The notes below the pieces were generated by a model. It did not search any database. It was not told the DNA's origin and saw only the letters and a program-made list of their open reading frames with translations. A stretch of DNA of 64,000 nucleotides from Camelus ferus (Eukaryota): positions 114,454,001 to 114,518,000 of the forward strand of contig NC_045697.1 of NCBI RefSeq assembly GCF_009834535.1. The letters are read 5' to 3'. Of this stretch, positions 13,471 through 27,311 are shown piece by piece. A program made the position numbers and the translations under genes. Position 1 is the stretch's first letter. The number at the start of each line of letters is the position of its first letter.

Positions 13471-16400
13471 TTAAATATATATATAAAAAATCAAAGTAAA
13501 TAAAGTCTAAAGAAAAAAAAAAACCTGCATCCCTCATGTGCCATGCATTAAACTTCATTTTTCTCATTAATTATTGTTTTCTTTTTTTCATAGATTTAGA
13601 AAAACAACATCCTATTTATGGTTGTCTTGAATGCCTCAGTTTTGTTTTCCTCTGTGTTTCAGAGAGCATTTCTGAAAATGCTGGCTTTTAATAATTGAAT
13701 TTGGGGGTTAAAGGGGTATGTAAGTTTAAGGATTACTAGAATAGACTTAGTTAATTAAACTGGGATGAACTGCTGTCCCTTTCAAAATAGCTTAAAAAAT
13801 AGTGGTGTGTCACAGTACTGTAGGAAAACTAGGAAGACCTAATAATAATAATAAAAAAAAAATCTGAAAAGTTTATGACCGTAAGTGTGTTTCTGTTCAT
13901 TTCTATTTTGCCTTCAAATGTTTGTTGCCTCCTCTACACTTTAACGAAGGCTGCGATCACGTGATCAGAGAGTTTTGTAATATTGACGAGAGGCAGTGTG
14001 AAAGTCATGAATATAAAAAGAGTGCTTAGGGACAAAGTTAAAGAGAAATTGATGGCTTTAATAATGTCAGAGACAAAAGGCACTGGGCAGGCTCAGTCGC
14101 ATTTAAAATATTTATTAAACCCAGTCTGTAATTTTTCATAGGAAAGTTGCTTTAATGACAAAGGAAGTCGTAATACAAACAGCACAATCCAGAAACTGCT
14201 ATGAGTCCGCGCTAATTCAGAGACATTCACATTCTTACCCTCAGGCTCTCCTAGAATCTTTTCTTACAGTGCAGCTGTGTGAATAATCTGTGGAAGAGCA
14301 TTGGTAGAGTCCTTCAAAAGAATATGGGGTAATCGCAACAAGGAAAGGGAAAAGAAATAATCAGTGTCTTTTTGTTTCCATACCTCTGACCTGACCGTTC
14401 ACCTTAAATTCACTTTTGTTTTCAGTCAGAATGCAGTCACTGTATTGGGTCAGTGATCTCTGTCTCCTAAGTCTAAACTCAGTCTTCCAAAGTACCCGGG
14501 GTCTGCATACTTTCTGGCAATCGGGCAGCGACTTCTAAAGAAAGATCGCAGAATGAAAGTTGCAGGATGAAAAAAAAGGCAGAGTTTGGTATTGTAATTA
14601 TGCATATTTTTCCATTAGATCCTTTCTAGATCTAATACTTGAAAGGATTTCATACTTTCTATTATGAAACGATTCTGTTAGATCTTTTAATAGACCTAAT
14701 TAAAAGGATTAGGATTCTTTTAATTAGAGAAGAATTCTATTAAATCTTTCCTAATACTGGGAAACACACTGGTTTATTCCAGTTCAATAAAGTTATTATG
14801 GACTTTTGAGAAATATATCCATCAACCGTTAGTACCCAGTTTTATATCTATTATTAAATACTTTATGGTTTTGAGCTAATAAATGTTTTTAACTGATTCT
14901 ATATAGATTTCCAAATTTCCAGAGACATAATTATACTAATTATACTTTATTTTCTGTAAGTTGTCTATTTTTATTTTTAATTTAATATTGCATCAGAATC
15001 ACATTTCGATTTCTAATTTCTATAACCATTAAAAAGTATCAGCTTTATGAACATATTCTTAGAGGAACTAGCCTTTCCATATGGAGTATTCAGTTATTTA
15101 CACTTTATGCTCTAATAACTGTTACATAAATTACAGTTTTATTATATTAGTTCAATTTAGTCACATGGTGTTATACTGTTTAACTGGGTAATAGAAAGAA
15201 ATAGTTCAGTTTCCTTGAGGTGTGACGTCTACTTGAAATGATTTATTAGTACTTCTCCAAAATACTATAAATGCACTGATAATTTATTTCCCTTTACATT
15301 TTAAAACACGATTTTTCAAGGATCTTAAATACACCTTATCTATTACTACATGAAGCCTAATTCAGAATTTATGTTTAGATTCCAAGTAGCCACATACCAG
15401 TAGACACTTCACTGGGGACACTTATTTTATGATCAGTACCAGATAAGACGATTAAGGCCGGTTATTTCCAGTGTTCCCTTTGGCTAATTTCAAAACCCAA
15501 ACTCCACGCTCAGTCATGTTAATAAGTAAGTGTGAACACGTGAGAGATGCAGAGAGGATGTCATTAGCACATCATGCTTCATGCAGAAGTTGCTCAATAA
15601 ATATTTGTAAATTATTCTCTTAAAACTCAAAATAAGCAAATCTGATTGTATACTTTCCTTAAATTTTATTCATGAACAAAATTCATATAGTTAGACCTTC
15701 TTGTATATCTTCCATTTTAAGTCACAGACATTTATTGAGTTATATGTAAAGAATAAAATTGAATCATATGTAGTCTCAACCATTCAATGTGTTTGTAATA
15801 TTATATTATTAAATATTAATATTATTTGACTTTATTTGATATACTATTATACCAAATAGTTTTCAAATAAAGTCAAACATTTAAATTGCTGAGATATTTT
15901 AGTAAGACTCAAATATCACTTGGGAAATTAAGAAATTTTCAGTAAATAGACACTTTTAAATATTAGCTTTTGTTTAAAATAAGAAGAGCTTTACCTAAAG
16001 ATCTTTATGAACGCCACTTGGGTTCTAAATCCAATGTGGAAACCCTTTGCTCGTCCTTACAGTTTCTGTTTTTAATGCACTGCCAATTGGAAGAAAAGAC
16101 AAGTTCATGGAGTGCACTTCCTAACTAAGAACGACTGTAACAATTGGCTTGAAACGTTCTCTGGAGGATTATTGACTTTTTAATTCAGGCTGCCATCAAT
16201 CCTCATTTATATTTCATAATATGTATCCTGGGAAAAATAAGCTACGTTTAAATGTGTGTCTTGTCACTGAGGTTAAACATTGTTGTGCCAATCACTTATC
16301 CATCAGTGTGATGTGAATTCAGAGATTCTTTTCGGACCATCATTTGATACTAGTACACTGAATGAGAAGCATGTCACATGAGAGTATTATTATTTTTCCA

Positions 16401-17139
16401 AATTATTTTTATTACCTATTGAGTATAGAACTCCAATATGACAAAAATTATTGTTGACTGGTTCCCTTTCAATTCATGCACAAGTATATCAATAAAGCAG
16501 AAACAGCTGGGAATGCCGGGGGAGGGTGGGGTGGGGCGGGGAACTGAGCACCTTATTTGAACAGTTATCTTTGGGGAGTATCAGACACAGTATAGGTAAC
16601 CCATATAATGTCTATATTTTCTAATATCAATGATGTAGAATCTGTTGTTATCACTGAGATATTTGATGTGCTTCCTTTCAAACTAATTTTCAAATATATT
16701 TAGGCTGTCTCAAGTTTGTGTTATTCCAAAGAATGTCGCATACAGCATTGAGCCTCAGTTTGGCTGTCAGTTCTGTAACAAGATACACTTTCTCTTATTA
16801 AATATTTATTGAAAGTAGTTATCCATTTGGCTCTCTCTATAAGTCTTTTTAAAAAGCTCATCCCCTAACTCCCATGTTGTTAAGTGGTTAGAGATTAGGT
16901 CAGAATTTGGAAAGCATCTCTTTCCTCCAGGTCTTTTGGTGATGTAGGTTTGCTGGAAGTATTAAAATATCTCTTTAAAAAGCTATTTGTTTTAATGTCC
17001 AATAAAATAAAAAGCCACAAGAATGACTCAGTGCTAGATGTATCAAGAGGCTAAACATATGCTGTCACCAGGCCAGCAGGTATAGAAATATTATGAGAGC
17101 TATTTTTGAAAACACATTTGTTATTTTAAAGTATGCTAT

Positions 17140-17471
17140 TTAATGTCATTTACAGCAGCATGGATAGACGTAGAGATTATCATACTGAATGAAATAAGTC
17201 AGACAGAGAAAGACAAATATATGGTATCACTTATATGTGAAATCTAAAAAATGATACAAATGAGCTTATTTACAAAGCAAAAAGAGACTCACAGACATAG
17301 AAAACAAATTTATGGTTATTTAAGGGAAAGAGAGGCAGGAATAAATTAGGAATTTGGGATTAGCAGATACACACTGCTGTATATAAAATAGATAAATAAG
17401 GTCCTACTGTATAGCACAGGGAACTATATTCAATATCTTGTAATAACCTATAATGAAAAAGAATACATATA

Positions 17472-17520
<49 letters not shown>

Positions 17521-17612
17521 GTATGTATAACTGAATCACTATGCTGTACACCAGAAACTAACACAACATTATAAATCAACTATACTTCAATAACAAAAAG
17601 AGAAAGAAAAAG
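17140..17612 (+). mobile_element. L1 ORF2 end + 3' UTR with internal (AT)n
   Basis: atttacagcagcatggatagac...tatagcacagggaactatattcaata...tatacttcaata followed by an A-rich tail. Confidence 0.9.
17475..17517. repeat. (AT)n microsatellite
   Basis: Uninterrupted AT run inside the L1 3' UTR. Confidence 0.95.
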
Positions 17613-18959
17613 AAATCTCAAAAAGATTTTCAAATGTGTCAAGATCACATAACATTTGGCAAACTCCTTTGCCTCAGTCTGAATGTCATTAAATGATACC
17701 AAACAAAACAGTGTTTTCATTATCATAGAAGTTTCCAAATATGAGGTCTGTAATTCATGTAAGACTTTTATAAAAACAAATATACATCTTAAATGTTAAA
17801 TATTATGAAAGGATCACCCTCCAAAATTTACAAAATTCAGCTATCTAGAATAGCTTGTTTTCAGTATGAATACATGTAATACTTGTTATACCCCTAAAAA
17901 CACTTCAAAATCCAATTCCAACACTCTTTTAAAGTGTTCTGTGTTGAGCACTCCTTTCTCTCTGGAGCCATCACATCCTTATCAGCTCAACTGCAGGACA
18001 TAATGTATTGTCTTCCAGTTTTGTGTTCCTTGGCTTCCATTACTGAACGGTGTACACTTGAGAGTGTGAGCCTCATTTTCTCATTCTGTATCAGTGTATC
18101 ACTTTACAGTTTGTCACAGGTATTGGGTAATCCATTTATGATGCTTTAGTAAAATAAATAAAAGCATTCAGGTGACAGGCATATTTAGGTTTCTATAAAA
18201 ACTGGTTTAGCTGACTGAGGAATGGTAAGACAAATGAACAAAGAACTTCTGATGGCTGAAATCAATATAATGAAAGCCAGAGGAGATAATCACTACAGAG
18301 ACCACAGATATGTTTTATTCCGCCATCTATTAAGTCTTATTTCATTTTTTAAACAATATTTTTCCACATTTTAGAATTTTCTTACAAAGGACTTGGACAC
18401 CATTTATTGGTTAGATGTATTCATGGATATGCAGTATGTTTTTTGCTTTATAAAATTTGTATTATTTAAGATATTTTGAATGTTTCTTGCTGATATTTAC
18501 AAGTATAATTGCATCATGCCAAGCTTACTAAATTTACTTATTCTGACAATTCATCTGTACTTTCTTTTGTATTTATTTTACTCCGTCATATATTTACAGA
18601 TGTTGGCTATATATTTTAGGATATCCATTATCACAATAAGGAAAACACTTGCTCATTTTTGTGTGCTGAAAATAAATGACTTTTCTGTCTATATTGAGAT
18701 CATATTGTCTATCTCCTTTGAACTAATTATGTAGTAAATTATATTGAATAATTTTTGAGTATCTATAAATAGACAAATATTTCATGGCATGTTATCACTT
18801 TTATATTATACTGGATTTTGTTTGATAATATATTTGGGGGACATCTTTATTTTCACAAATGAAATTGACCAATAATTATTCCTTTTTTTAAATAATGCCC
18901 TTGTCTGATTTTGATATTAAGCTTGTATGGTCCTCAAAACAAATTGGGAATTTTATTTA

Positions 18960-19530
18960 TTTATCTACTAGCACATAATAAATTAACCTACATCTTAGTT
19001 GCTACAAACAAGAAACATTTTATTATTTTCTGAGATGATAATGGGCAAATGGAGATAAGAGATAAATGAGATAAAAAAAATTGAGAATAGCTTAGCTAAG
19101 TGGTCCTGGTATGAGGTCTTTTCTGAGGTTTTGATCTATATATTGGCCAGGGCTGCTGTGATCTGAAAGTTCAGTGGGCGCGGGAGGATTCACTTCCAAG
19201 ATGGCTCCCTCCTCATGACTATTGGTTCTTTGCTGGCTGTGGGGTGGGGCCTCTCTTTGTCATTTGACATATAAGCATCTCTGTAAGGCTGATGGAGTAT
19301 TTTTATGACCAGGCAGCTGACTTCTCCAAGAGCAAGTGAGCCGAAGACATAGGAAGATGCTACTATATCTTTTATAACCTAATATTGGGTATCTTGCACC
19401 ACAATCCACCATATTCTATTAATTAACAGTGAGTCATTAAGTCCAGTCACACATAAGTTGAGAAGAATTGGTCTCCACCTTTTGAAGACAGGAGTTTATC
19501 AGTGGATTTGTACAGATATTTTAACAATTC
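18960..19530 (-). mobile_element. MaLR LTR (MLT1-like), within degraded antisense L1
   Basis: ggccagggctgctgtgatctgaa...ggaggattcacttccaagatggctc, typical of MLT1 in reverse orientation. Confidence 0.7.
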
Positions 19531-21822
19531 CAAAGAAACTCCACACCCCTTTTCTATTCTCTAGAGAAGTTTGTATGAGGTTGGTGTTATTTCTTCTATA
19601 GATTGGGTATTCTACAGTTTTCTTTGAAAAAAATTTTTTTAATAAATTTAGTAAATTTATTTTACTATTATTTTAGTAGTAAATTTTTATTAATGTAATA
19701 AGAGTCTCTATTTCTTGTAATAATTTTTGTATAGGGCAGCCAGAAGTTTGTGTTTCTAGAAATACATTAGTTTTATTTAAAGTTATGTACTGGCATGAAG
19801 TTGATTATAATCTCACTTTTGTTTTCAGCATTTCTGTAAGAATTTAACTTTTAGTCTGACTTTTATTCTTTGGTGTGTCATTTTGTTTCTTGAGATTGCT
19901 TTTTATGATTTTTCTCCTTTTTTCTGCTGTTCTGCAGTTTCACTATAATGTATACAGGTGACCAGGATTTTAAGTTCTAATCAGAAAGATGATTGATCAG
20001 AATTGATAAGAATCACATATCCAATATTATTGGAAGCAGAAATTTCACAAATGGTCCAGATATCATGTTTAGTCTATTGATTCTCACTTTTTTATGTGTA
20101 GCATTGTGTTTAAGCCATCTCATTGTTAATGTCAGTGATTATATATATATACACACACACATATATATACACACATATATGTATATATATGAATAAGTTT
20201 GATATAATTTTTATTTTTACCACTAATTAATTCAGAATTTTTTAAGAAAGTTTTTTACCCAATCGAAATGCAGTTATCAAATCAGGAAGTGTGACACTGA
20301 TAGAATTTCATGATCTAGTTTACAATCCATATTGACTTGTTGACAATCTTTCCAATAATAACTTTGTAGCTCATTTTTCCTGGCCCGGCATCCATTCTGG
20401 ATCCCAGTTCGCATTTCTTTAATATTTCTTTTTAGTGTATTTTAATACACAAACTTTCTTCAGCCTTTCTTCATCTTTCTTTTCTTTCTCTATCAAAGTA
20501 AAATACACATAACCTCAAACCGTTCTAAAGTGTGGCTTACAGTACATTTAAAATGCTGGGCAACCATCCCGCTAATTCTAAAACGTTTTCATTATCCCCC
20601 CAATAAAGCTCATATCCATTAAGCGGTCATTTCCCACTTCTCCCTCCCCTCTGCCCCCCACAACCATGAACATGCTTTCTATCCTGATTCATTTACGCAT
20701 TCTGGACGTTTCATAGAAAACAGGCTCATGCAGCGTGTAGTCTTCTGGGTCATGCTGTTTTCACTTAGCATGATATCGCAGCAGAATGTTATAGCATATA
20801 TCAGTACTTCTTTCCTTCTTATTACCAAAATATTTTATTGTATGGTTACACATTTTATTTTTCTATTCACTGGTTGGTAGTTGTTTATATCATTTCCACT
20901 TGGTGGTTATTATGAATATTCACATACGTGTTTATGATGGAAAACCTGTTTCACTCATCATTTGTATAAACCTAGGCTTGACATTGCCAATCACGTGGAG
21001 ATTCTGCACGTAATGGTCTGAGGAACCACTGATGTCTTCCACGGTGGCTGCACCATTTTACATTGCCAGCAGCAGCAATGTGCCAGAGTTCCAATTTCTA
21101 TACATATTATTTTCCGTATTTATTTTGTTGTTTCATAACCACTGTAGTGTGTATAAGTGGTATCACACTGTGATTTTAATTTGCCTTTCTGTGATGTCTA
21201 GTGAACTTTGACATCTTTTGATGAGCTTATTATAAGGCTCTTTGCCTACTTTTGGAGACACGTCTATGTCTATTCAAATCAATAGCCCACATCTGAATTG
21301 AATAATATGCCTTTTTGTTAGCCTTTTGTGTGTGTGTGGAACTAAATTCTATTCTCTTAGCAAGTTTCAATTATTCACTACAGTGTTATCTACTGTAGTC
21401 ACCATGTTATACATTAGATCCTCAGACCTTACTCATCTTATAACTGACAGTTTTTGCTTTTTTAACCAACATCTCCCAATTTCCTCCATTCCCCCTGGCC
21501 CCTGGCAATCACTTTTCTATTCTCTGCTTCTAGAAGTTAAACTTTTCTTTTTTTAATTCCACATGTAAGTGATTCTTTGTCTGGCTTATTTCACTTAGCA
21601 TAATGCACTCCAGGTTTATCTGTATTGTTGCAAATGACAGGGTTTCCTTCTTTTTTTAAGATTGAGTAATATCACATTTTCTTTACCCATTCATCCATTA
21701 ACAGCCACTTAGGTTGTTTCCATACTTTGGCTATTGTCAATAATGCTGCTCTGAAGAGGAGAGAGATGTCCATACATACAACTGTGTCTTTAAGATAATA
21801 GTTGTATTTCCTTTGGTTATAT

Positions 21823-22378
21823 TGTTTCAGAAAAGCGTGTGACAGCTCAGTGTTGTAGCTCAATGTTACAGCTCAGTGTTACAGCTCTGTGTTACAGTTC
21901 AGTTGTGACAGCAACTTGGATCCGGGCAAGAGACCAAGCAGCAGTCGGAGAGTTGGAGAGCTCAGGTTTATTACGCCAGCGGGCCCAGAGGAGTTAACAC
22001 TCCAAGCTCTGGACCCCATCTGTAGGTTTACACAGTCTTTAATAGACTGCCAGTCTAGACTTTGCAACATTTTGTAACATCATATGCAAAAAAGCTACAA
22101 CAAAGGTGACTAATTAGGAACAAGCTTTGTAGAAATGGACCAATCAAGAGTGAGAGAAATGGACCAATCAGGAGTGAGGGAAATTGACCAATCAGGAATG
22201 AGCTCTGTGCAAATGAAGCACTACAAATGGACCAATCAGGAGTTAGCTCAGGGAACCAGTAGAATTCTAGGGGTAAGCCATTTCAGAGGCAAAAAATGAG
22301 ATAAAGCTGCTGGGCCAGTGTACCTGATGGTGCTGGCAGGAGGTCCTACCAGTCTTTTTTATGGGGCTTCCCACCTCA
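21823..22378 (-). mobile_element. Solo ERV1-like LTR (556 bp) with tandem CCAAT repeats
   Basis: TG...CA termini and perfect 4-bp TSD atat (21819-21822, 22379-22382). Minus-strand AATAAA near 21967-21972; CCAAT repeats at 22131-22246; short acagctcagtgtt repeats at 21840-21910. Confidence 0.88.
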
Positions 22379-23284
22379 ATATCACCTGAAGTGGGGTTGC
22401 TGGATCATCAGGTATTTGTATATATAATATTAATATAAAATAAAAATTTAAAAAATGTTTTGCTATAGAAAGCCCTGACCAGTCAAATTTGGAACATACT
22501 TGTTATTAATACCCATTAGATTTTCTTTCTTATTGGCTCAATTCAGGGACTGGTACAGACCATGATCAGCCAGGTTGGTTAGGGCCAGCATGAAATGTAG
22601 ACTGAACTAGCCCAGAAGTCAGAGCTCCCTGGACTTTAATCTCTACTCTGCACTGTAACAAGTTGTGTGACCTGTGGATGTCATTAACCTCTCTGTGACT
22701 CATCTTTAAATGACCATGACTATGAAGCTTTCAGCACATTCTACACTGTCTATGAATGTATTATAATTTTCACTCTTAAGGTACTGCTGCTGATGATATT
22801 ATTTTCTATCATTAGAGTAACTGACACATGTCACAGAGGAGACATAAATCAAATCTAATTTTTCCTGGTGAGGCTAAAGTTCAGAAGGAATCTGTATCAG
22901 TTAAGGCTTACTTAAGCAAAAAGGGGGAATGTATTGACTGGGAACTAGATTTATTTTTAATTTCTTGAGGAACCTCCGTATTGTTTTCCACAGTGACTGC
23001 ACCAATTTATATTTCCACCAAGAGTATACAAGGGGGTCCTTTTCTCCATGTCCTGACCAACGTTTGTTCTATCTTATCTTTTTGATAATAAACATCCTAA
23101 CAGTTGTAAAATGATATCTCATTGTGGTTTTGATTTGCATTTCCCTGGTGATCAGTGATATTGTGCATCATGCGATCCATCTGTTAGCCATTGTATGTCT
23201 TCTTTGGAAAAAAATGTCTATTTAGACCCTTTGCCCATTTTTTAACTGAGTTTTTTTTTTTCCTACTAAGTTATAAGGTTATTT

Positions 23285-23436
23285 TGTGGAAGAGGGCAGT
23301 GGGAAGTAATTAAGTTGGCTCGTTGCTTGATTGGTTTATTTATTTGTTTGTTTATTTTAGAGGAGGTACTGGGAATTGAACCCAGACCTTGTGCATGCTA
23401 AGCACGTGCTCTACCACTTAAGCTATATCTTCCCCC
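23285..23436 (-). mobile_element. tRNA-Ala-derived SINE (Vic-1-like), inside L1
   Basis: ggaggtactgggaattgaaccc...gcatgctaagcacgtgctctaccacttaagctata. Confidence 0.85.
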
Positions 23437-24525
23437 ATGTATGATTTTTTTAATGTATATACATACATATATATATATATATTTCAGATATTAACTCCTT
23501 TTTGGATACTCATTTGTAAATGTTTTCTCCCATTCTGTAAGTTACCTTTCCATTTAGTTGATGGTTTCCTTTGCTGTGCAGAAGAGGTTATTTGCATTTT
23601 GGTTGCTGAGTTGTAACTGCTCATTATGTGCTCTGGATACTCGTCTCATCAGATATCACTTGTCATTTTTCCCTTTTCTGTCAGTTGTATTTGCACTTTC
23701 TTGATAGTGTCCTGTGATGCTCCAAAATCTTTAATTTTAATGAAGTCCAATTTGCCTATTTTTCTTTTGTTGCTTGTGTTTTGGGGTCATATCTAAGAAA
23801 CTCTGGTCAAATACAAAGTCACAAAGATTTACCCCTATGCTTTCTTCTGAATGTTTTACTTTTCTAGCTCCTACATTTAGGTCTTTGGTTCATTCTGAGT
23901 TAATTTCATTAGGGTGTGAGGTTTGTGTCCAGACTCATTGTTTTGCATGTGGATAACCAGTTGTGCCAGCATCAGTTCTTAAAAAGACTATTTCTTAGTA
24001 TCCTTGTCAAAAATCAATTGACTATAGATGTATGGGTTTATCTCTGTGCTCCTTATTCTAATTCCATAGATTCATAAGTTTTATCTTTATGCCAGTACCA
24101 TGTTATTTTGATTACTACAGCTTTGTAATATAATTGGAAAGCAGAAGATAGGAGAACTCCAGTTTCACTCTTCTTCTCAGGACTGTTGTGGCTCTTTGGG
24201 GCCCCATGATTCTGTGTGAATCTGAAGATTAGCTTTTCCATTTCTGCAAAAAAAAAAACGCACTTAGGAATTTTGATAGTGATTATATTGTGTCTATAGA
24301 TCAGTTTTGGAGTACTTCCATCTTACCAATTCCTTGTATCTCATCAATTAATTATTTAAATCCATTAACACATGGTGTCTTTCCAATTATTTAGGTTTTC
24401 TTTAAATTATTTCAACAGGTTGTTTAGTGTCCAGCATAAAAGCCTTGCACCTTCTTGGTGGAAATAACTCCTAAGTATTTTAATTTTTGGATGTACTGTA
24501 AATGGAATTGTTATCTTTATTTTTT

Positions 24526-24885
24526 AAGATACTATAGTAAGGAAAAGCTTTTTGTTCTCTCCTGTATTTAGATATATGAATATATATTTATATATATTTA
24601 TTTATATGACTGAACTCATACATCCTTATGTAATTCCCTCCTTTAGAATTGGTAATTATCTTAATGCTCACATTATTTCCTGTTTGTTAAATGAGAACCC
24701 CTTTAAACTGGTTTTGTATTTTTTGATGTGTTTCTATCATTCCTTAAGAGCTTCTTTAGTTGTTGAATCAAGATATCCCAGGCTTAGCTTTTATCTTCCC
24801 TGGAGCCATCTCAGAATAGCTTTTATCCAGGGAATGCTGGTACATTTTAGTGGATAACATTATCTGGAAATGAAGATCTGTGGAA
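24526..24885 (-). mobile_element. L1MC4/5-like fragment, probably continuing the fragment at about 20270-20470
   Basis: caagatatcccaggctt...ccagggaatgctggtacattttagtgga...aagatctg resembles L1MC-type 3' sequence. Confidence 0.55.
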
Positions 24886-24893
24886 ATATATAA

Positions 24894-25226
<333 letters not shown>

Positions 25227-27311
25227 TAAAATTTATAACACATTTTACGTTCTTTGGAGAAATGAGAAAATGAGTCTTGGTGGCAAAAGAATGTCATGAA
25301 TATGAAAAAAACATGGTTGTACCTAAGACATCATATTTGAAATAGAGTCCTTTAAGATTTTTAGTGTTTTAAATAATAGTCTTGTCATAATGATTAGTTA
25401 TGTCATTATTTTTGTGATGAGTAAAATGTTAAATTTTTTAAAAAAAAATGTGTCCTCTGAATTACAGCAGATATGCTGAACAGAATAATTGGATCTCTTC
25501 ATTGAATATGTTCCTGAAAAGACCATTTAAATGTTAAATCATACATTAAAATATGTATTACAGAAAGTGTCAATAATATAGAAATTCTTTAGTGACTGTT
25601 CTGCAGCATACCTTGCAAATGAAGAGAGAGAAAAATCAAAACATTACCAAACATGTCTCACATTTATGTTGTTTTAAAGTTATGAAGTCCTTACACTCTA
25701 ATATATAAAATATGCTATGTATGTTCCAACATTCGAATGTGTAGATATAATTATTCAATTATTATTCAGATGATAAAAATCACAGATGTGTGGTATGTGA
25801 AAAAGCAACCAATCTTTGTAATGTCAGATAGTCTAAATAATGCAAAAGTATTTGCATATATGTTAATTACACTGGTAAGTAAACAAATGCTTGAATATTT
25901 CCATTGTCAAGGTTAGTACAAAGCCAGTCATTTTACTGGAGTATGTGTTGCTTGGCATTATATTCCTTATTCCAGGTCTTTAAATTCCTTCAATTCATAC
26001 TGTTAGAAATGAATACATTTTCATTTTAAAATTATTTCTGTAAAAATAGACTGCCCTTTTTATTCAACTTAGTTGATACACTTTATCAGTATACATTTTT
26101 ATGTAATTAAAAAATTAAATTTATTTTTGCAAATCAAAAGTGACATGAGGAAGTATTTTTGACTTTTAAAACCTGAATCCTAGCAATCTCTGTGTTAATG
26201 TAAGTAGGTCCAACAAATTTACATGTTTACATCTACTGATTACATCTTGGGGTCTGTACTCTGAGAAGAGGATTGATCTGATTATCAGAAATTAAATTGA
26301 AGAAAAGGCTATTTAGCTTTCAGTTTTTGTCATCTCTTGGCCATTTAATAGCAGCAAACCTTATTATAAGAACATATTATATCTTTGCTCCCAGGAATAT
26401 ACAGGAAGGCCAGTTTGGGAAGTTGGTTATACCCTAAACTCAACATTAAAAGAGTGGAAGACTTGTAAAATAGCTATTCTCATTTTTAAAAGTAAGAAAA
26501 AAATAGGTTAAATTTTGAGAAACTATGACAAATAATAAAAGATGAGCAGGGAGCACAGCCTGAGAAATAAATCTGGGTGCACAAGAGTGTGCAATTCCAT
26601 GTGACTTTATATATGGTTACATATTACCAATTTCCAGTTATTTAATTATCCACTTATTTATCAGATGCTTATTTGGCATTTCCACGTGAGGTCCACGTCT
26701 AGCTATGGCATAGATGGGATGATATGTTTAGGAGAAGCAGTAAAATTCTGAAAAAGCAGAGACATTGTATTGGCAGGGAAATCATGATGGATGAGGAGGG
26801 GACTAATAATTTACAAAGAGGCAGGAGAACAAGGCGGTGTTACAGAAGGCAAGAAAAGAAAGCCAAAGATGGGAAAGGGCTCAACCACGCTGGGTGCGTG
26901 GAAAGGCTGAGGAAGGTCATTGCAGTATCTTTATGGGTTAGTGGTTAGTTCATCTTTATAGCATTTAGAAAACCAGTCTTCTGTTGGCTTAGAGATGAAA
27001 AAGGAGGTAAGAATTATAAAAATCTCTTTCCATGTTTTTAAAGGAATAAAAAGAAGATAGTGGCTGCTGGTGGGAAGGCTTAGGATTAAGGAAGATATTT
27101 CTTTCTTCTTGGACAATGTATTGGTTTGAAAGGATATTGTGAAAGAGGAAAAAATGTGGATAATGGACTGGGGGAAGGATGAAAAAATTCCTGTAGAGAT
27201 CAACAAGAAAAGAGGCAGATTTGCCTTGGGAAGAAACAGAGAAAATTTCCTTTGAGAAGGAAATACAAGTGAAGATGTAGATAGAAACAGGAAGTTTGGG
27301 GATGAAGTTTT

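Larger units (their letters stand above)
21320..23585 (-). mobile_element. L1MA9-like element nested in the L1MB-like element, itself carrying three insertions
   Basis: 3' UTR tctcttagcaagtttcaa...catgttatacattagatcctcagac; the antisense ORF2 end is collinear across the interruptions. Confidence 0.75.
20490..24525 (-). mobile_element. L1MB-like element (3' UTR into ORF2), interrupted at about 21300-23585 by a second L1
   Basis: L1MB-like 3' end at about 20490-21300; antisense ORF2 resumes at about 23586. ORF 24053..24241(-) encodes YYKAVVIKITWYWHKD. Confidence 0.75.

Noticed and set aside
21840..21910. Short tandem acagctcagtgtt repeats as an independent array
   Set aside because: They lie inside the solo LTR, have no unique spacers and are best explained as part of its U5 region.
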